From Thermodesulfobacteriota bacterium (GTDB lineage: Bacteria; Desulfobacterota; Desulfobulbia; Desulfobulbales; SURF-16), in contig JBFMAY010000001.1 of assembly GCA_040755455.1 (NCBI GenBank), positions 1 through 64,000 on the forward strand: 64,000 nucleotides of DNA, in the 5' to 3' direction. Below, in pieces: positions 9,266 to 18,512 of this stretch (positions within the stretch are counted from its first letter, which is position 1; the number at the start of each line of letters is the position of its first letter). The notes below the pieces were generated by a model. It had not been told where the DNA came from, searched no databases, and saw only the letters and a list, made by a program, of their open reading frames with translations. The position numbers and the translations under genes are program-made.

Positions 9266-10246
9266 ATGTCAACCTTACTTGTTCTTGTTATCATTACCGC
9301 GCTCGTCTTTGAATATATCAACGGTTTTCATGACTCAGCCAACGCCATCGCCACGGTTGTTTCCACAAAAGTACTGAGCGCCCGTGCGGCGATATTGTAT
9401 GCCGGGTTGCTCAATATCGCCGGGGCGTTTCTGGGCACCCATGTCGCCAGCACCATTGGCAAGGGGATTATCACCACTGAAAGCGTGACGCAGGGGGTAA
9501 TTCTCTGCGCCCTGCTGTCGGCGATCATCTGGAATCTGATCACCTGGTATTACGGTATTCCCTCCAGTTCTTCCCATGCCCTGATTGGTGGACTCATGGG
9601 CGCCGGGGTATCGAGGGCCGGCTATGATGTGATCAAGATCGAAGGCGTGACCAGAAAAGTGCTGCTGCCGATGGTTACCTCGCCGTTTATTGGTTTTATA
9701 TTCGGTTCTGTGTGCATGATCTTGATTTTGTGGATCTTTTCCAGGGCAAAACCAAATGCGGTCAACAGATATTTCAAGAAAATGCAGCTGGTCTCCTCGG
9801 GGATCATGGCGTTGAGTCATGGGACGAACGATGCCCAGAAAACCATGGGGATTATTACCCTGGCCCTGGTGAGTTTTCATGCCCTGCCCACGTTTGAAGT
9901 CCCATTCTGGGTTGTCCTGGGGTGTGCGGTGACCATGGGGTTGGGCACCATGGCGGGTGGGTGGCGGATCATCCGCACCATGGGCAGCAAAATGATCAAA
10001 CTGAAACCGGTGCACGGGTTCGCCGCCGAAACCTCAGCCGCCGCCGTCATTCTTGGCGCCTCCCACTTTGGCATTCCTGTCAGCACCACCCATATTATCT
10101 CAACCGCGATCATGGGGGTTGGCAGCACCAGGGGCCTCCATGCGCTGAAATGGGGGATCGTCGGCAATATTGTCATGGCCTGGGTCCTCACCATCCCCAC
10201 CTGTATGCTGATCGCCGCGATCCTCTACCGCATCCTGCCGGTTTGA
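9266..10246 (+). CDS. Inorganic phosphate transporter, PiT family
   Basis: NGFHDSANAIAT, GIPSSSSHALIGG, HGTNDAQKTMG, GIPVSTTH. Confidence 0.95.
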   Translation: MSTLLVLVIITALVFEYINGFHDSANAIATVVSTKVLSARAAILYAGLLNIAGAFLGTHVASTIGKGIITTESVTQGVILCALLSAIIWNLITWYYGIPSSSSHALIGGLMGAGVSRAGYDVIKIEGVTRKVLLPMVTSPFIGFIFGSVCMILILWIFSRAKPNAVNRYFKKMQLVSSGIMALSHGTNDAQKTMGIITLALVSFHALPTFEVPFWVVLGCAVTMGLGTMAGGWRIIRTMGSKMIKLKPVHGFAAETSAAAVILGASHFGIPVSTTHIISTAIMGVGSTRGLHALKWGIVGNIVMAWVLTIPTCMLIAAILYRILPV

Positions 10247-10420
10247 CCCTTTCCCTGGCGGTGCATGAGGACGGCCACAAAATGGGTGTCAGTCTGATAC
10301 AGGCGATGGGCAACTTCCTGTGTCAGGCATGTTGGTGCCGCAGGCAAGAGCTTAGGGGACAGCAATGCCCTCACTCGTAATTTATTTACATGTGGATTTA
10401 TCATCAGGCCGGAGAGTGAA

Positions 10421-11029
10421 ATGAAGAGCAGATGCCCATGGTGCGGCAGCGATCCTCTGTACATTGCCTACCACGATAACGAATGGGGTGTCCCGGTTCA
10501 TGACGACCGGCAGCTGTTTGCCATGCTGATCCTGGAAGGGGCCCAGGCTGGACTCAGCTGGTTGACGATACTCAGAAAGCGCGAGAACTACCGGCGGGTG
10601 TTTCACGACTTCAATCCGGGGGAAATTGCCGCGTTTTCTCAAGGCGAAATTCAAGTCCTGCTGCAGGAGACAGGAATCGTCCGAAATCGGCTCAAGATAG
10701 AAGCGGCCGTCAAAAACGCCAGAGGGGTGCTGGCCATCATAGAGGAATTCGGCTCGTTCAGTTCATTTCTCTGGCGCTACGTCGACCACAGCCCCCTGCA
10801 GAATAACTGGCACTCCATGAGTGAACTGCCAACGCGGACAGCGCAGTCAGACATGATGAGCCGGGACCTGAAGAAACGGGGGTTCAACTTCGTCGGCTCG
10901 ACTATCTGCTATGCCTTCATGCAGGCAGTCGGCATGGTGAATGACCACTATGTCGGTTGTTTCCGCCATGCTGAGATAAAGAGGATGTCCCGGCAGGGCA
11001 AATCCCTGGCTGCAGCTGCGCCCCGCTGA
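10421..11029 (+). CDS. tag: DNA-3-methyladenine glycosylase I
   Basis: RCPW, YHDNEWGVP, LEGAQAGLSW, MQAVGMVNDH. Confidence 0.95.
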   Translation: MKSRCPWCGSDPLYIAYHDNEWGVPVHDDRQLFAMLILEGAQAGLSWLTILRKRENYRRVFHDFNPGEIAAFSQGEIQVLLQETGIVRNRLKIEAAVKNARGVLAIIEEFGSFSSFLWRYVDHSPLQNNWHSMSELPTRTAQSDMMSRDLKKRGFNFVGSTICYAFMQAVGMVNDHYVGCFRHAEIKRMSRQGKSLAAAAPR

Positions 11030-11223
11030 TCACCCGCACCGTTTTCCCCCCTCCCTTCCCGCGCATTTCTTTGTTTGTTCCACAGTCATTTTGTTTTCGG
11101 GGTTGACTTTCCAGCCCGGGCTGATGATACAATAAAAATTGCTACAGCTATTTGACATGTATGAGGTTCTGCATTCTGCTGAGAAGAGGTGATTTCTCTG
11201 CAAATCTAGCAAAGAGATGGACC

Positions 11224-12135
11224 ATGATTTCCCTGGCTGATGCGATCAGGAATAACAAGTTATTGCTGGGCTTTCTGCTCATCATCGGGCTGTTCCTTTC
11301 CTTTGGCCTGATTACCACGCGGGAAATATTCGCCTTGGGTAATTTCACCGGCATGATTTACCGCCACCCGCTTGTTGTCTCCAATGCCTCCCTCACTGCC
11401 GCGCTCAATGTCACCAAGATGCACCGCAGCATGAAAGATGTTGTCCTGTCTTCCTCGCCGGAGCTGAGGGAAGATGCCATGCAGGCAGTCAACGCCGGCG
11501 AACAGGTGGTTTATCAGCAGCTTGATGCCGTCCGTGACAATATTCTCGGGGCCGAAGGGCAGGTCCTTGAAAAGGAAACAAGACAACTGTTCGCCGCCTG
11601 GGGGCCCATACGGCAGGAGGTGATTGAGCTTGCCAGGTCCGGCATAAGGGCAGAGGCCGCCCTTATCACCCAGGGGAAAGGGGCCCAGCACGTGGCAGTA
11701 CTGGAAAATAAAATGCGGGAGCTGACCTTGTATGCAAAACAAAATGCTGAATCCTTTATGACTCGTGCCCAGATGCGTATGGATAAAGTTGAACATATCG
11801 TGATTTTTCTCACCATTGCCGGTGTCATGGTCTCAGCCCTCATTGCTTTCTTCACTATCTCCCGGGTGAGGCGGGATGAAAAAATGTTGCTGGCTGAAAA
11901 AAACAAGCTGCAGAAGGCTCTTGATGAGATCAAGACCCTGCGCGGCATTATCCCGGTATGCTCCTTCTGCAAGCAGATCCGGGATGAAAGGGGTCTGTGG
12001 AGAAGAATGGAGGAATATATCCAGGCCCATTCCGATGCGGATTTCAGCCATGGAGTGTGCCCGGATTGCCTGAAAAAACATTACCCCAGGGAATACTCCG
12101 GCATGTCTGCCGGGAGTGAAAACAGACCGATGTAA
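11224..12135 (+). CDS. Membrane sensor with four-helix-bundle periplasmic domain and C-terminal Cys4 (zinc-ribbon-like) domain
   Basis: Two TM segments flank a 4HB_MCP-like region; tail IPVCSFCKQIRD...FSHGVCPDC. Confidence 0.75.
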   Translation: MISLADAIRNNKLLLGFLLIIGLFLSFGLITTREIFALGNFTGMIYRHPLVVSNASLTAALNVTKMHRSMKDVVLSSSPELREDAMQAVNAGEQVVYQQLDAVRDNILGAEGQVLEKETRQLFAAWGPIRQEVIELARSGIRAEAALITQGKGAQHVAVLENKMRELTLYAKQNAESFMTRAQMRMDKVEHIVIFLTIAGVMVSALIAFFTISRVRRDEKMLLAEKNKLQKALDEIKTLRGIIPVCSFCKQIRDERGLWRRMEEYIQAHSDADFSHGVCPDCLKKHYPREYSGMSAGSENRPM

Positions 12136-12265
12136 ATGGTTGAAGGTTTGTTGGTCAGGGGTGGACGGTGCCAACCCTCGTCCCCGGGAGATGCGGCAAT
12201 TTGCCGTCTTTACAATAAAAAAGTCCCAGTGTAGAAATTTGTCAGGGTTTGCCGGGGCATTTCCC

Positions 12266-12345
12266 CGTGATATAAAGCCAAACCTTCCGTGAGGTGGGGA
12301 CGGAAAGCCACGGATCTTGTCAAGACAGCCGGGTTGCCTGATGAG
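12266..12345 (+). ncRNA. Cyclic di-GMP-I (GEMM-I) family riboswitch
   Basis: GCCAAACC-TTCC-GTGA-GGTGGGGACGGAAAGCCACGGATCT-TGTCA-AGACAGCCGGGTTGCC matches the GEMM-I core (AAACC...GGGACGSAAAGCC...AGCCGGGTTGCC); it is in a 5' leader. Confidence 0.9.
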
Positions 12346-12369
12346 GGTTGGCCCGGCTCTTGTTGTTTC
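12327..12369 (+). terminator. Riboswitch expression-platform terminator
   Basis: AGCCGGG (12327-33) pairs with CCCGGCT (12352-58), followed by CTTGTTGTTTC; the 5' arm lies inside the aptamer. Confidence 0.6.
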
Positions 12370-12449
12370 GGCAGGAACCGCCCGATTTTGTCTGTTTTTT
12401 TAACGCCATCCGCTCAGCCTTAGAGTTCAGCAGAGAGGAGACAGCACCC

Positions 12450-12929
12450 ATGCCTGATAAAAGTTCCGGCAAGCAGCTCCCAAGGGAGAAGATCGTCTGC
12501 GCCCTCATCACGGCCATCACTACCGTGGCCGTGGCTTTCATCGGCATCGTGCCGCAGATGCGCGAGAAGGACAGGGCGGCAATCAGTGATCTGCAGGCCG
12601 AACTTGCCAAGGTGAAGCAACAGCTTGCTCAGGGGGCAGAGCCGATACCGATAAAAAAATGCAACGTGGGCGGCGCAATCAAAACCACTGACGGCGCTCC
12701 GTTGGCCAATGCGGAAGTGTACCTGATTGAGGCTTCAGGCAGCGAGAACATGGCCATTACCGGGGATGACGGGAGTTTCGCCTTTCAGAAGGTTGAAGAC
12801 GTGCCGTACTGGATTGTCGTCCGCCATTCCGCCTCCAAGAAAAGCGCCCGTACTCTGATGAAATCCGATCCCCAGTCCGGAATTATCCAGATACCGGAAC
12901 TTATTGTCGAATACGAAAGGCAGCGTTGA
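12450..12929 (+). CDS. Membrane-anchored protein with carboxypeptidase-regulatory-like beta-sandwich
   Basis: RBS GAGGAG before ATG 12450; TM IVCALITAITTVAVAFIGIV, coiled coil, DGAPLANAEVYL...TGDDGSFAF. Confidence 0.7.
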   Translation: MPDKSSGKQLPREKIVCALITAITTVAVAFIGIVPQMREKDRAAISDLQAELAKVKQQLAQGAEPIPIKKCNVGGAIKTTDGAPLANAEVYLIEASGSENMAITGDDGSFAFQKVEDVPYWIVVRHSASKKSARTLMKSDPQSGIIQIPELIVEYERQR

Positions 12930-12955
12930 GGTCAGCGACGAAATTAGGTGAATGC

Positions 12956-13297
12956 ATGAAAATGATGGTGCAAAATCAAGCGAAATTGCTTGTCATGGTG
13001 CTGCTTGTTGCCGGGCTGATTGCCATGAATTTCGCGGCGCACGCCCAGGAAAATGAATATGTCACCGGCGAAATAAGATACCAGTCAGATGGCATGGCTG
13101 CCGGCGGTCTGTGGGTGGAGGTCTATCTGGGGTCCATGCTCCGGGGCCGCTCCTTGACCGGCGATGACGGCAGATACTACGTGGCCGGATTAACACCCGG
13201 TAGTTTCGAGATCGTGATCAAGCAAAACATGACCGTGCTGCTGCGGCAGGGGATTATCCTGCCCGACCAGCATATCTGTAACTTCATGCTGCCGTAG
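12956..13297 (+). CDS. Exported carboxypeptidase-regulatory-like domain protein
   Basis: Signal peptide ending AHA; VTGEI...LTGDDGRYYVAGLTPGSFEI. Confidence 0.7.
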   Translation: MKMMVQNQAKLLVMVLLVAGLIAMNFAAHAQENEYVTGEIRYQSDGMAAGGLWVEVYLGSMLRGRSLTGDDGRYYVAGLTPGSFEIVIKQNMTVLLRQGIILPDQHICNFMLP

Positions 13298-13444
13298 AGG
13301 GTTTTTCTTCTCTGTGACCATTACGTTGCATAATTTAAGGGAATGATTATTAGTAACTTAAGATGTTGATAACTATTACTGATAATGAAGCGGCTGTAAC
13401 AAGTCTGCCGCAATTCTCCTCGTTGCAGACTGGAGGTGAACATC

Positions 13445-13987
13445 ATGACGAACAACACTGAATTTAATAAAGCACGGAAACATTTTCTCCGGGGCGAGTA
13501 CCGGGAAAGCATCATGGCATTCCACGGTGCCCTGGAACATGGCATGGATCCGGGCCTGCTCCATATGCCGCTGGGGCTTGCCTATTTTAAAAATGGTGAT
13601 TTCCCTGAAGCCGTGGAAGTTTTCAGCCATGCGCTGGAGATTGATCCGGAAAATGACCATGTCTTTTTCCTGCGGGGTATTGCCCGTTTTAACAACAGTG
13701 AACTGGACAAGGCGCTGGATGATTTCAATGATGCCATCCGGCTCAATGGAGGGCGGGGCGCCGCATACGTTGCCCGGAGTCTGGCCTTGAAGGTGATGCA
13801 CCGGTTTGCGGAAGCGGAAAATGACCTGAGAACGGCCCTTTTTCTTGCCGATGTTGAGGTGGAATCCTTTATCAAGGAGTACTGCATTTCCTCGACCATG
13901 TATAAAATGGCCATGTCTCTTTTTGATGTGGGTAAAGAGTCCTGGACTGAAGATCTGCGGGAAAGACGCATGAAGGTTGAGCATTGA
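13445..13987 (+). CDS. Tetratricopeptide repeat protein
   Basis: LGLAYFKNGDFPEAVEVFSHALEIDP and similar TPR units; RBS GGAGGTG. Confidence 0.85.
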   Translation: MTNNTEFNKARKHFLRGEYRESIMAFHGALEHGMDPGLLHMPLGLAYFKNGDFPEAVEVFSHALEIDPENDHVFFLRGIARFNNSELDKALDDFNDAIRLNGGRGAAYVARSLALKVMHRFAEAENDLRTALFLADVEVESFIKEYCISSTMYKMAMSLFDVGKESWTEDLRERRMKVEH

Positions 13988-14060
13988 TGATTACGCAAAC
14001 GATGGCGATGGATAGCAAACCATGATATGACCCATGGCGGGTCGCAATGAAACAGGATGG

Positions 14061-14090
14061 AAAAGGCTCCCGATGGGGAGCCTTTTTTTT
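14061..14090. terminator. Bidirectional intrinsic terminator
   Basis: AAAAGGCTCCC-GATG-GGGAGCCTTTTTTTT between convergent genes. Confidence 0.88.
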
Positions 14091-14173
14091 GATTACCACT
14101 CATTGATGCCGGCGCGGTGCGTACTGGCGCGTCCCGCAGCCGGCCTGCTTGATTCCAATGCCGGGATTTGGCC

Positions 14174-15916
14174 CTACCCCTGGCAGGCGGCCAGCTGCTC
14201 CCGGGCAAATTCAATGGACGGGTCCATGGACAGGGCCAGTTCAAAGTATCTGGCAGCCTCCGTCGGTTTGCCGATTTTCCGGTAATTGACCCCGAGATTG
14301 GCGTAATCAATGGCCGAGGTGGGGGCGAGCTCCACCGCCCGATGGAAGTGGGTGATGGCCTTGTCATACAGGGCAAGTTTGAAATAGCAGACGCCGATGA
14401 TGTTGTGCATGTCCGGCCGTTCCTCATCATGGGCCAGGCCCTGCTGCACAACGGTGATGGCCTCGTCGTACTTGCCGAGATTTTTCAGGCAGTCGCCGAT
14501 GTAGGAATGGATGTAGGGGATATCCTCCTGTTCCGGGTTCAAGGTGAGCGCCCTTTGCAGATGGGGCAGGGCGTCCTCCTGCCGACCGGTTTCCATGAGA
14601 TTCCGGCCTAGATAGAATTCGAGATAATAGGCGTCGGGCAATACCTCCTGCATGGCCAGCAGGCCCTCTCTGCAGGTGCGGGGATCGGGGCTTCTCTCGG
14701 CCACCAGCTTGGCGGCAAACAGGCCGACATTGTTGATGCGGGAGCGCTCACGGAAATGGGCGCCCGGTATGATGGTGTAGATGGCCGGGATGCCCAGCCG
14801 CGGGTGGGTTACATTGATGATGTAGACGTCAAGATTGATCCTGGCCAGGGCCGCCAGGCAGTTTTCAATTTCCACCCTGATGTTGTCATCGGACAGATCG
14901 GGCATCCGGTCGATGGTGATGGTTGTGCCTGAATGGGTAAGATAGGTGACTTCATCCATGGATAGCGGCTTTGGCAGGCCGCTCGCCACATAATTGGCCC
15001 TGGAGTCGAAATCTCCGGCCAGCTGGGCCACTTCGGTGAGCGCCCGGATCACCGCCTTTTCCGCATGGGGCGTGGTGCCGGCCGTATAGACAATCTCGCT
15101 TGTCTCGGGAAAGGTGGTGCGGTCAATGGCCAGGGCCGCCACGGTCGGAATACCGGTATCAAGGGTGAAGTCATTCAGATAAACTTCGATGCCGTTGCGG
15201 GTGAATTTTGCCAGCAGTTCCCTGGTGATGGGGTCCTGAAGGGACAGGGTATCGATGGCCGGGGCAGGTATCCTGCCGTGGCTGACCACCGCGGAAACAT
15301 GGCGTTCAACCACCTCGCAGAGCCCCTGGCTGATGGCCTCTTCCAGGGTGTTGCCGGCGGACGGGCCGTTGAACTCGTTGATGGCGTAAAACCAGCTGAA
15401 CGGCACCAGGACCTCCTCCTGCCGGTTGAGATTGGTGGCCCAGGTCCACTGGATGGGAATATTGTCAATGAGTTTCTCCAGGGTGGCGATGTCGGTTGTC
15501 GTGTCATGCACGGACTGGAGCAGCTTTTCCAGGGGCAGCAGGGGATAGTCGGATTTTTTCAGGTTGGCGTAGGTGTCATGGATGAAATTGTCCGGGTTCT
15601 TCATGAAGCTGAAAAAACTGAACCGCTCGCCCAGCTCCATGCAGGCGCTGGCCTGTGACTGTTCCGGGGTGCTGCCCTTGCCCATCTGTTTTTTTGTGCC
15701 GATGGTTGCCAGGGCGTCTTTGCCGCAGACACTGAAATAGACCGGGATATCAAGCCGGCCGTTGTCAATGCGCCGCACCTCTTTGAGGACATCGAGGTTC
15801 TGTTCTTTCAATCGCTGTTTGAATCGGTTGACCGTTTCCGTGGGGGTGCATACCTTGTCCTGGTCAAGGGTGTATTGTTTGAAACAGTCGGCCAGGCGTA
15901 TTGGTTTTTTCTCCAT
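14174..15916 (-). CDS. YcaO-like family protein with C-terminal TPR repeats
   Basis: QMGKGSTPEQSQASACMELGER, NGPSAGNTLEEAISQGLCEVVERH, RALTEVAQ; TPR units from about residue 430. Confidence 0.88.
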   Translation of the reverse strand: MEKKPIRLADCFKQYTLDQDKVCTPTETVNRFKQRLKEQNLDVLKEVRRIDNGRLDIPVYFSVCGKDALATIGTKKQMGKGSTPEQSQASACMELGERFSFFSFMKNPDNFIHDTYANLKKSDYPLLPLEKLLQSVHDTTTDIATLEKLIDNIPIQWTWATNLNRQEEVLVPFSWFYAINEFNGPSAGNTLEEAISQGLCEVVERHVSAVVSHGRIPAPAIDTLSLQDPITRELLAKFTRNGIEVYLNDFTLDTGIPTVAALAIDRTTFPETSEIVYTAGTTPHAEKAVIRALTEVAQLAGDFDSRANYVASGLPKPLSMDEVTYLTHSGTTITIDRMPDLSDDNIRVEIENCLAALARINLDVYIINVTHPRLGIPAIYTIIPGAHFRERSRINNVGLFAAKLVAERSPDPRTCREGLLAMQEVLPDAYYLEFYLGRNLMETGRQEDALPHLQRALTLNPEQEDIPYIHSYIGDCLKNLGKYDEAITVVQQGLAHDEERPDMHNIIGVCYFKLALYDKAITHFHRAVELAPTSAIDYANLGVNYRKIGKPTEAARYFELALSMDPSIEFAREQLAACQG

Positions 15917-16051
15917 GAAGTATCCTCGTGCGGCAAATCTTTTGTTTTTTCTGTGAACTGCAAGTCTCCTTCCGGTTTTCCCGACAGATTATTTCCGCGG
16001 TTCATTGCCCGGAGATGGCTTTTTACCTCATTTCAGAATTTTTGCAAGCCC

Positions 16052-17119
16052 TCAGCGCTGCCGGAGCAGTTGTTCAAAGGCCTCGGTCAGTCTGACAAAC
16101 TCATCGTGTTTCCCGCCGGTGTCGGGATGGAGCTCTTTTGCCTTCCTGCGGTAAAGCTTGGTCAGCTCTTTTTTGCTGAGTTTGGTGAGTTTGTCGGCAG
16201 GTTCACCAAATATCTCGCTGGCCTTGTCGGTCGTCATGCTGCTTTTCTTTTTTGGGAAAGTAAACCGCCGGTGGCTGTCCATGAACTGTCTGATATAGTC
16301 GTTGATGGCCTGGCTGGCGCTGAAATCATAATCAAAAAACATGATCAGATAGCGGATGAGATAGGGCTGCAGCCCTTGTGCCGGTTCCATGCCCAGCCAG
16401 AAAACCGGGTCATTGTTGAGCCGGCACAGTTCATCGACAAAAAAAGTGTCAAGCCTGTCCTGGCTCAAGGCCTGGGGCATGATGCGGGCGAATGATTCGC
16501 TGAAATGCTGCTGCAGATTGAAAATGGTGAACAGGTACTCCTTTACCTGGTCGGCATAAAAGACCTGCTCGCTGGCGACAAAATACTGTTCCCTCTCGTC
16601 CCGTGATCTGCCGAGCAGACGGCGGCACAGTTTGGCGGGCATCCTGTACAGGCCGCTCTGATCAATGGATCCGTAAAAGAGGTAGTGCAGTCTCCTGCGG
16701 TCAAAGATGTGTATTTCGCGCTCAATCGCCTCCTGCTCCGCCGGGGTTACCGGTGAGACATGATTGCGCCGGCCCCGGTTCATGAACGGCGCAAGTTTGG
16801 CGCGGATATCCCGTCTGACAAAGGGCCACAGGAGTTCTTCCACCATCGCCGCCGCATCCCCGGCAATAAAGGGCTCTATGGCAGCCATCACCCGGTCGTC
16901 AATACAATAGGCGTTGTCCCCCAGGGAGATGATGAACTGTTGCGGGCTGTCCCCCAGGTCAAAGATTTCCCGGTGCCGCAGCAGGCCGCTGCTGTTATCC
17001 CGGTATGTCTGGCGCAGCGAGTAACGGAGCCTGCCACCCGGAATATCCCTGGCCAGATAGAGACTTTTGCTTTGAGACACAGGGGAAGAGACGGACATGG
17101 TATCACGGGTTTTTTCCAT
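16052..17119 (-). CDS. Protein with C-terminal J-domain
   Basis: YRRKAKELHPDTGG...FVRLTEAFEQL; ATG 17119 has RBS AAGGAGG. Confidence 0.8.
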   Translation of the reverse strand: MEKTRDTMSVSSPVSQSKSLYLARDIPGGRLRYSLRQTYRDNSSGLLRHREIFDLGDSPQQFIISLGDNAYCIDDRVMAAIEPFIAGDAAAMVEELLWPFVRRDIRAKLAPFMNRGRRNHVSPVTPAEQEAIEREIHIFDRRRLHYLFYGSIDQSGLYRMPAKLCRRLLGRSRDEREQYFVASEQVFYADQVKEYLFTIFNLQQHFSESFARIMPQALSQDRLDTFFVDELCRLNNDPVFWLGMEPAQGLQPYLIRYLIMFFDYDFSASQAINDYIRQFMDSHRRFTFPKKKSSMTTDKASEIFGEPADKLTKLSKKELTKLYRRKAKELHPDTGGKHDEFVRLTEAFEQLLRQR

Positions 17120-17381
17120 CTGTCTGCTTCCTCCTTTTTTTTGTGGGGTGTGGAACTTTTCGGACAAAAATTTCGTTTTATTTTGTAGTCAATAATAGAA
17201 CGTTTTCCCCAAAAAGCAGCAAGAAAGCGAATCTCTCCTCTGTTTATCAAGCAACAAAGTGCCCTGCGACAAAATGCCACATTGCTTATTATGACAAAAA
17301 ATAAATAATGATAATCGGAATGATGATTATTTGTTGTCTGGCAAATAATGGTAGCAAAATTTTAACAAAAAGGAGATTCAA

Positions 17382-18419
17382 ATGAAAAAAATTCTGGCAT
17401 CTGCCGCAGTCTTTTCCATGATCCTTGGTGCGGGTTCTGTTTCCGCCGCCACCCTTACCGATGTGGAAACCCTGGGGAAAATGATCTACGAGAGCACATT
17501 GCTGTCCTGGGATCAGACCCAGTCATGTGCCACCTGCCATAATGTCGCCGTCGGTTTTGCCGATGACACCGCGGTATCCCTGGGTGATGATCTTGTCTCA
17601 ACAGGTGGCAGGAACGCGCCGACCTCGGCCTATTGCGGTTTTAGCCCGCTGCTGCACCAGGATCAAGCAGGGGAATGGGTCGGCGGCATGTTCTGGGACG
17701 GCCGGGCCACCGGTCACACCCTGCGTGATCCGCTGGCCGAGCAGGCCCAGGGACCTCCTCTGAACCCGGTGGAGATGAACATGCCTGATGTGCAAACAAT
17801 TATTGGCAGACTTTCTACTGACACGGATATTGCTCCGCTTTTTACCACCGTCTACGGGACCGATGCCTTTGCCGATGCCTTTGTTGCCTACGATAATATG
17901 GCCAGGGCCATCGCCGCCTATGAGCGTTCCGCCGAGGTGACCCGTTTCACCTCAAGGTTTGATGCCGGAACCTTAAACGCCCAGGAGTTGCGCGGCAGGA
18001 AGCTGTTCTCCCAGAATTGCACCACCTGCCATGCCATGGCACGGCGCGGGGGCGATCATCCTCTCTTTACCAATTACAAGTATGTCAATGCCGGCGTGCC
18101 GGTGAATGAGGCATTATTGAATCCTGATCTCCATAGCGCCTATGAATATCCTGACAAGGGTTTGGGACCGGTTGTGGGTGATCCTGCCCAGAACGGCAAA
18201 TTCAAGGTTCCCACCCTGCGCAATATCGCCATGACCGCGCCCTACTCCCATAACGGCTATTTTGTCACCCTGAAGGAGATGGTGTCCTTCATGAATGACC
18301 GGAGCGCCTTCACCCCGGAAGTCGCCGACAACCTGAGCCCGGCGGTGGGCAACCTGGGCCTGACCGATGCGCAGGTCAATGATATCGTCGCCTTCCTCAA
18401 CACCTTGACCGATATGTAA
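17382..18419 (+). CDS. Di-heme cytochrome c peroxidase / MauG superfamily protein
   Basis: Signal peptide; CATCH, RNAPT, FWDGRA, NPVEM, CTTCH, FKVPTLRN, APYSHNG. Confidence 0.9.
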   Translation: MKKILASAAVFSMILGAGSVSAATLTDVETLGKMIYESTLLSWDQTQSCATCHNVAVGFADDTAVSLGDDLVSTGGRNAPTSAYCGFSPLLHQDQAGEWVGGMFWDGRATGHTLRDPLAEQAQGPPLNPVEMNMPDVQTIIGRLSTDTDIAPLFTTVYGTDAFADAFVAYDNMARAIAAYERSAEVTRFTSRFDAGTLNAQELRGRKLFSQNCTTCHAMARRGGDHPLFTNYKYVNAGVPVNEALLNPDLHSAYEYPDKGLGPVVGDPAQNGKFKVPTLRNIAMTAPYSHNGYFVTLKEMVSFMNDRSAFTPEVADNLSPAVGNLGLTDAQVNDIVAFLNTLTDM

Positions 18420-18470
18420 AGGTTGAGTAATGGCGTTAGCTGACAATAGTTAACGATAGCATGTCACAAG

Positions 18471-18512
18471 AAAAAAGCCGGGGTTGCGCTGAGCGCGATC
18501 CCGGCTTTTTTT
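18471..18512. terminator. Bidirectional intrinsic terminator
   Basis: AAAAAAGCCGGGGTTGCGC-TGA-GCGCGATCCCGGCTTTTTTT. Confidence 0.88.
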
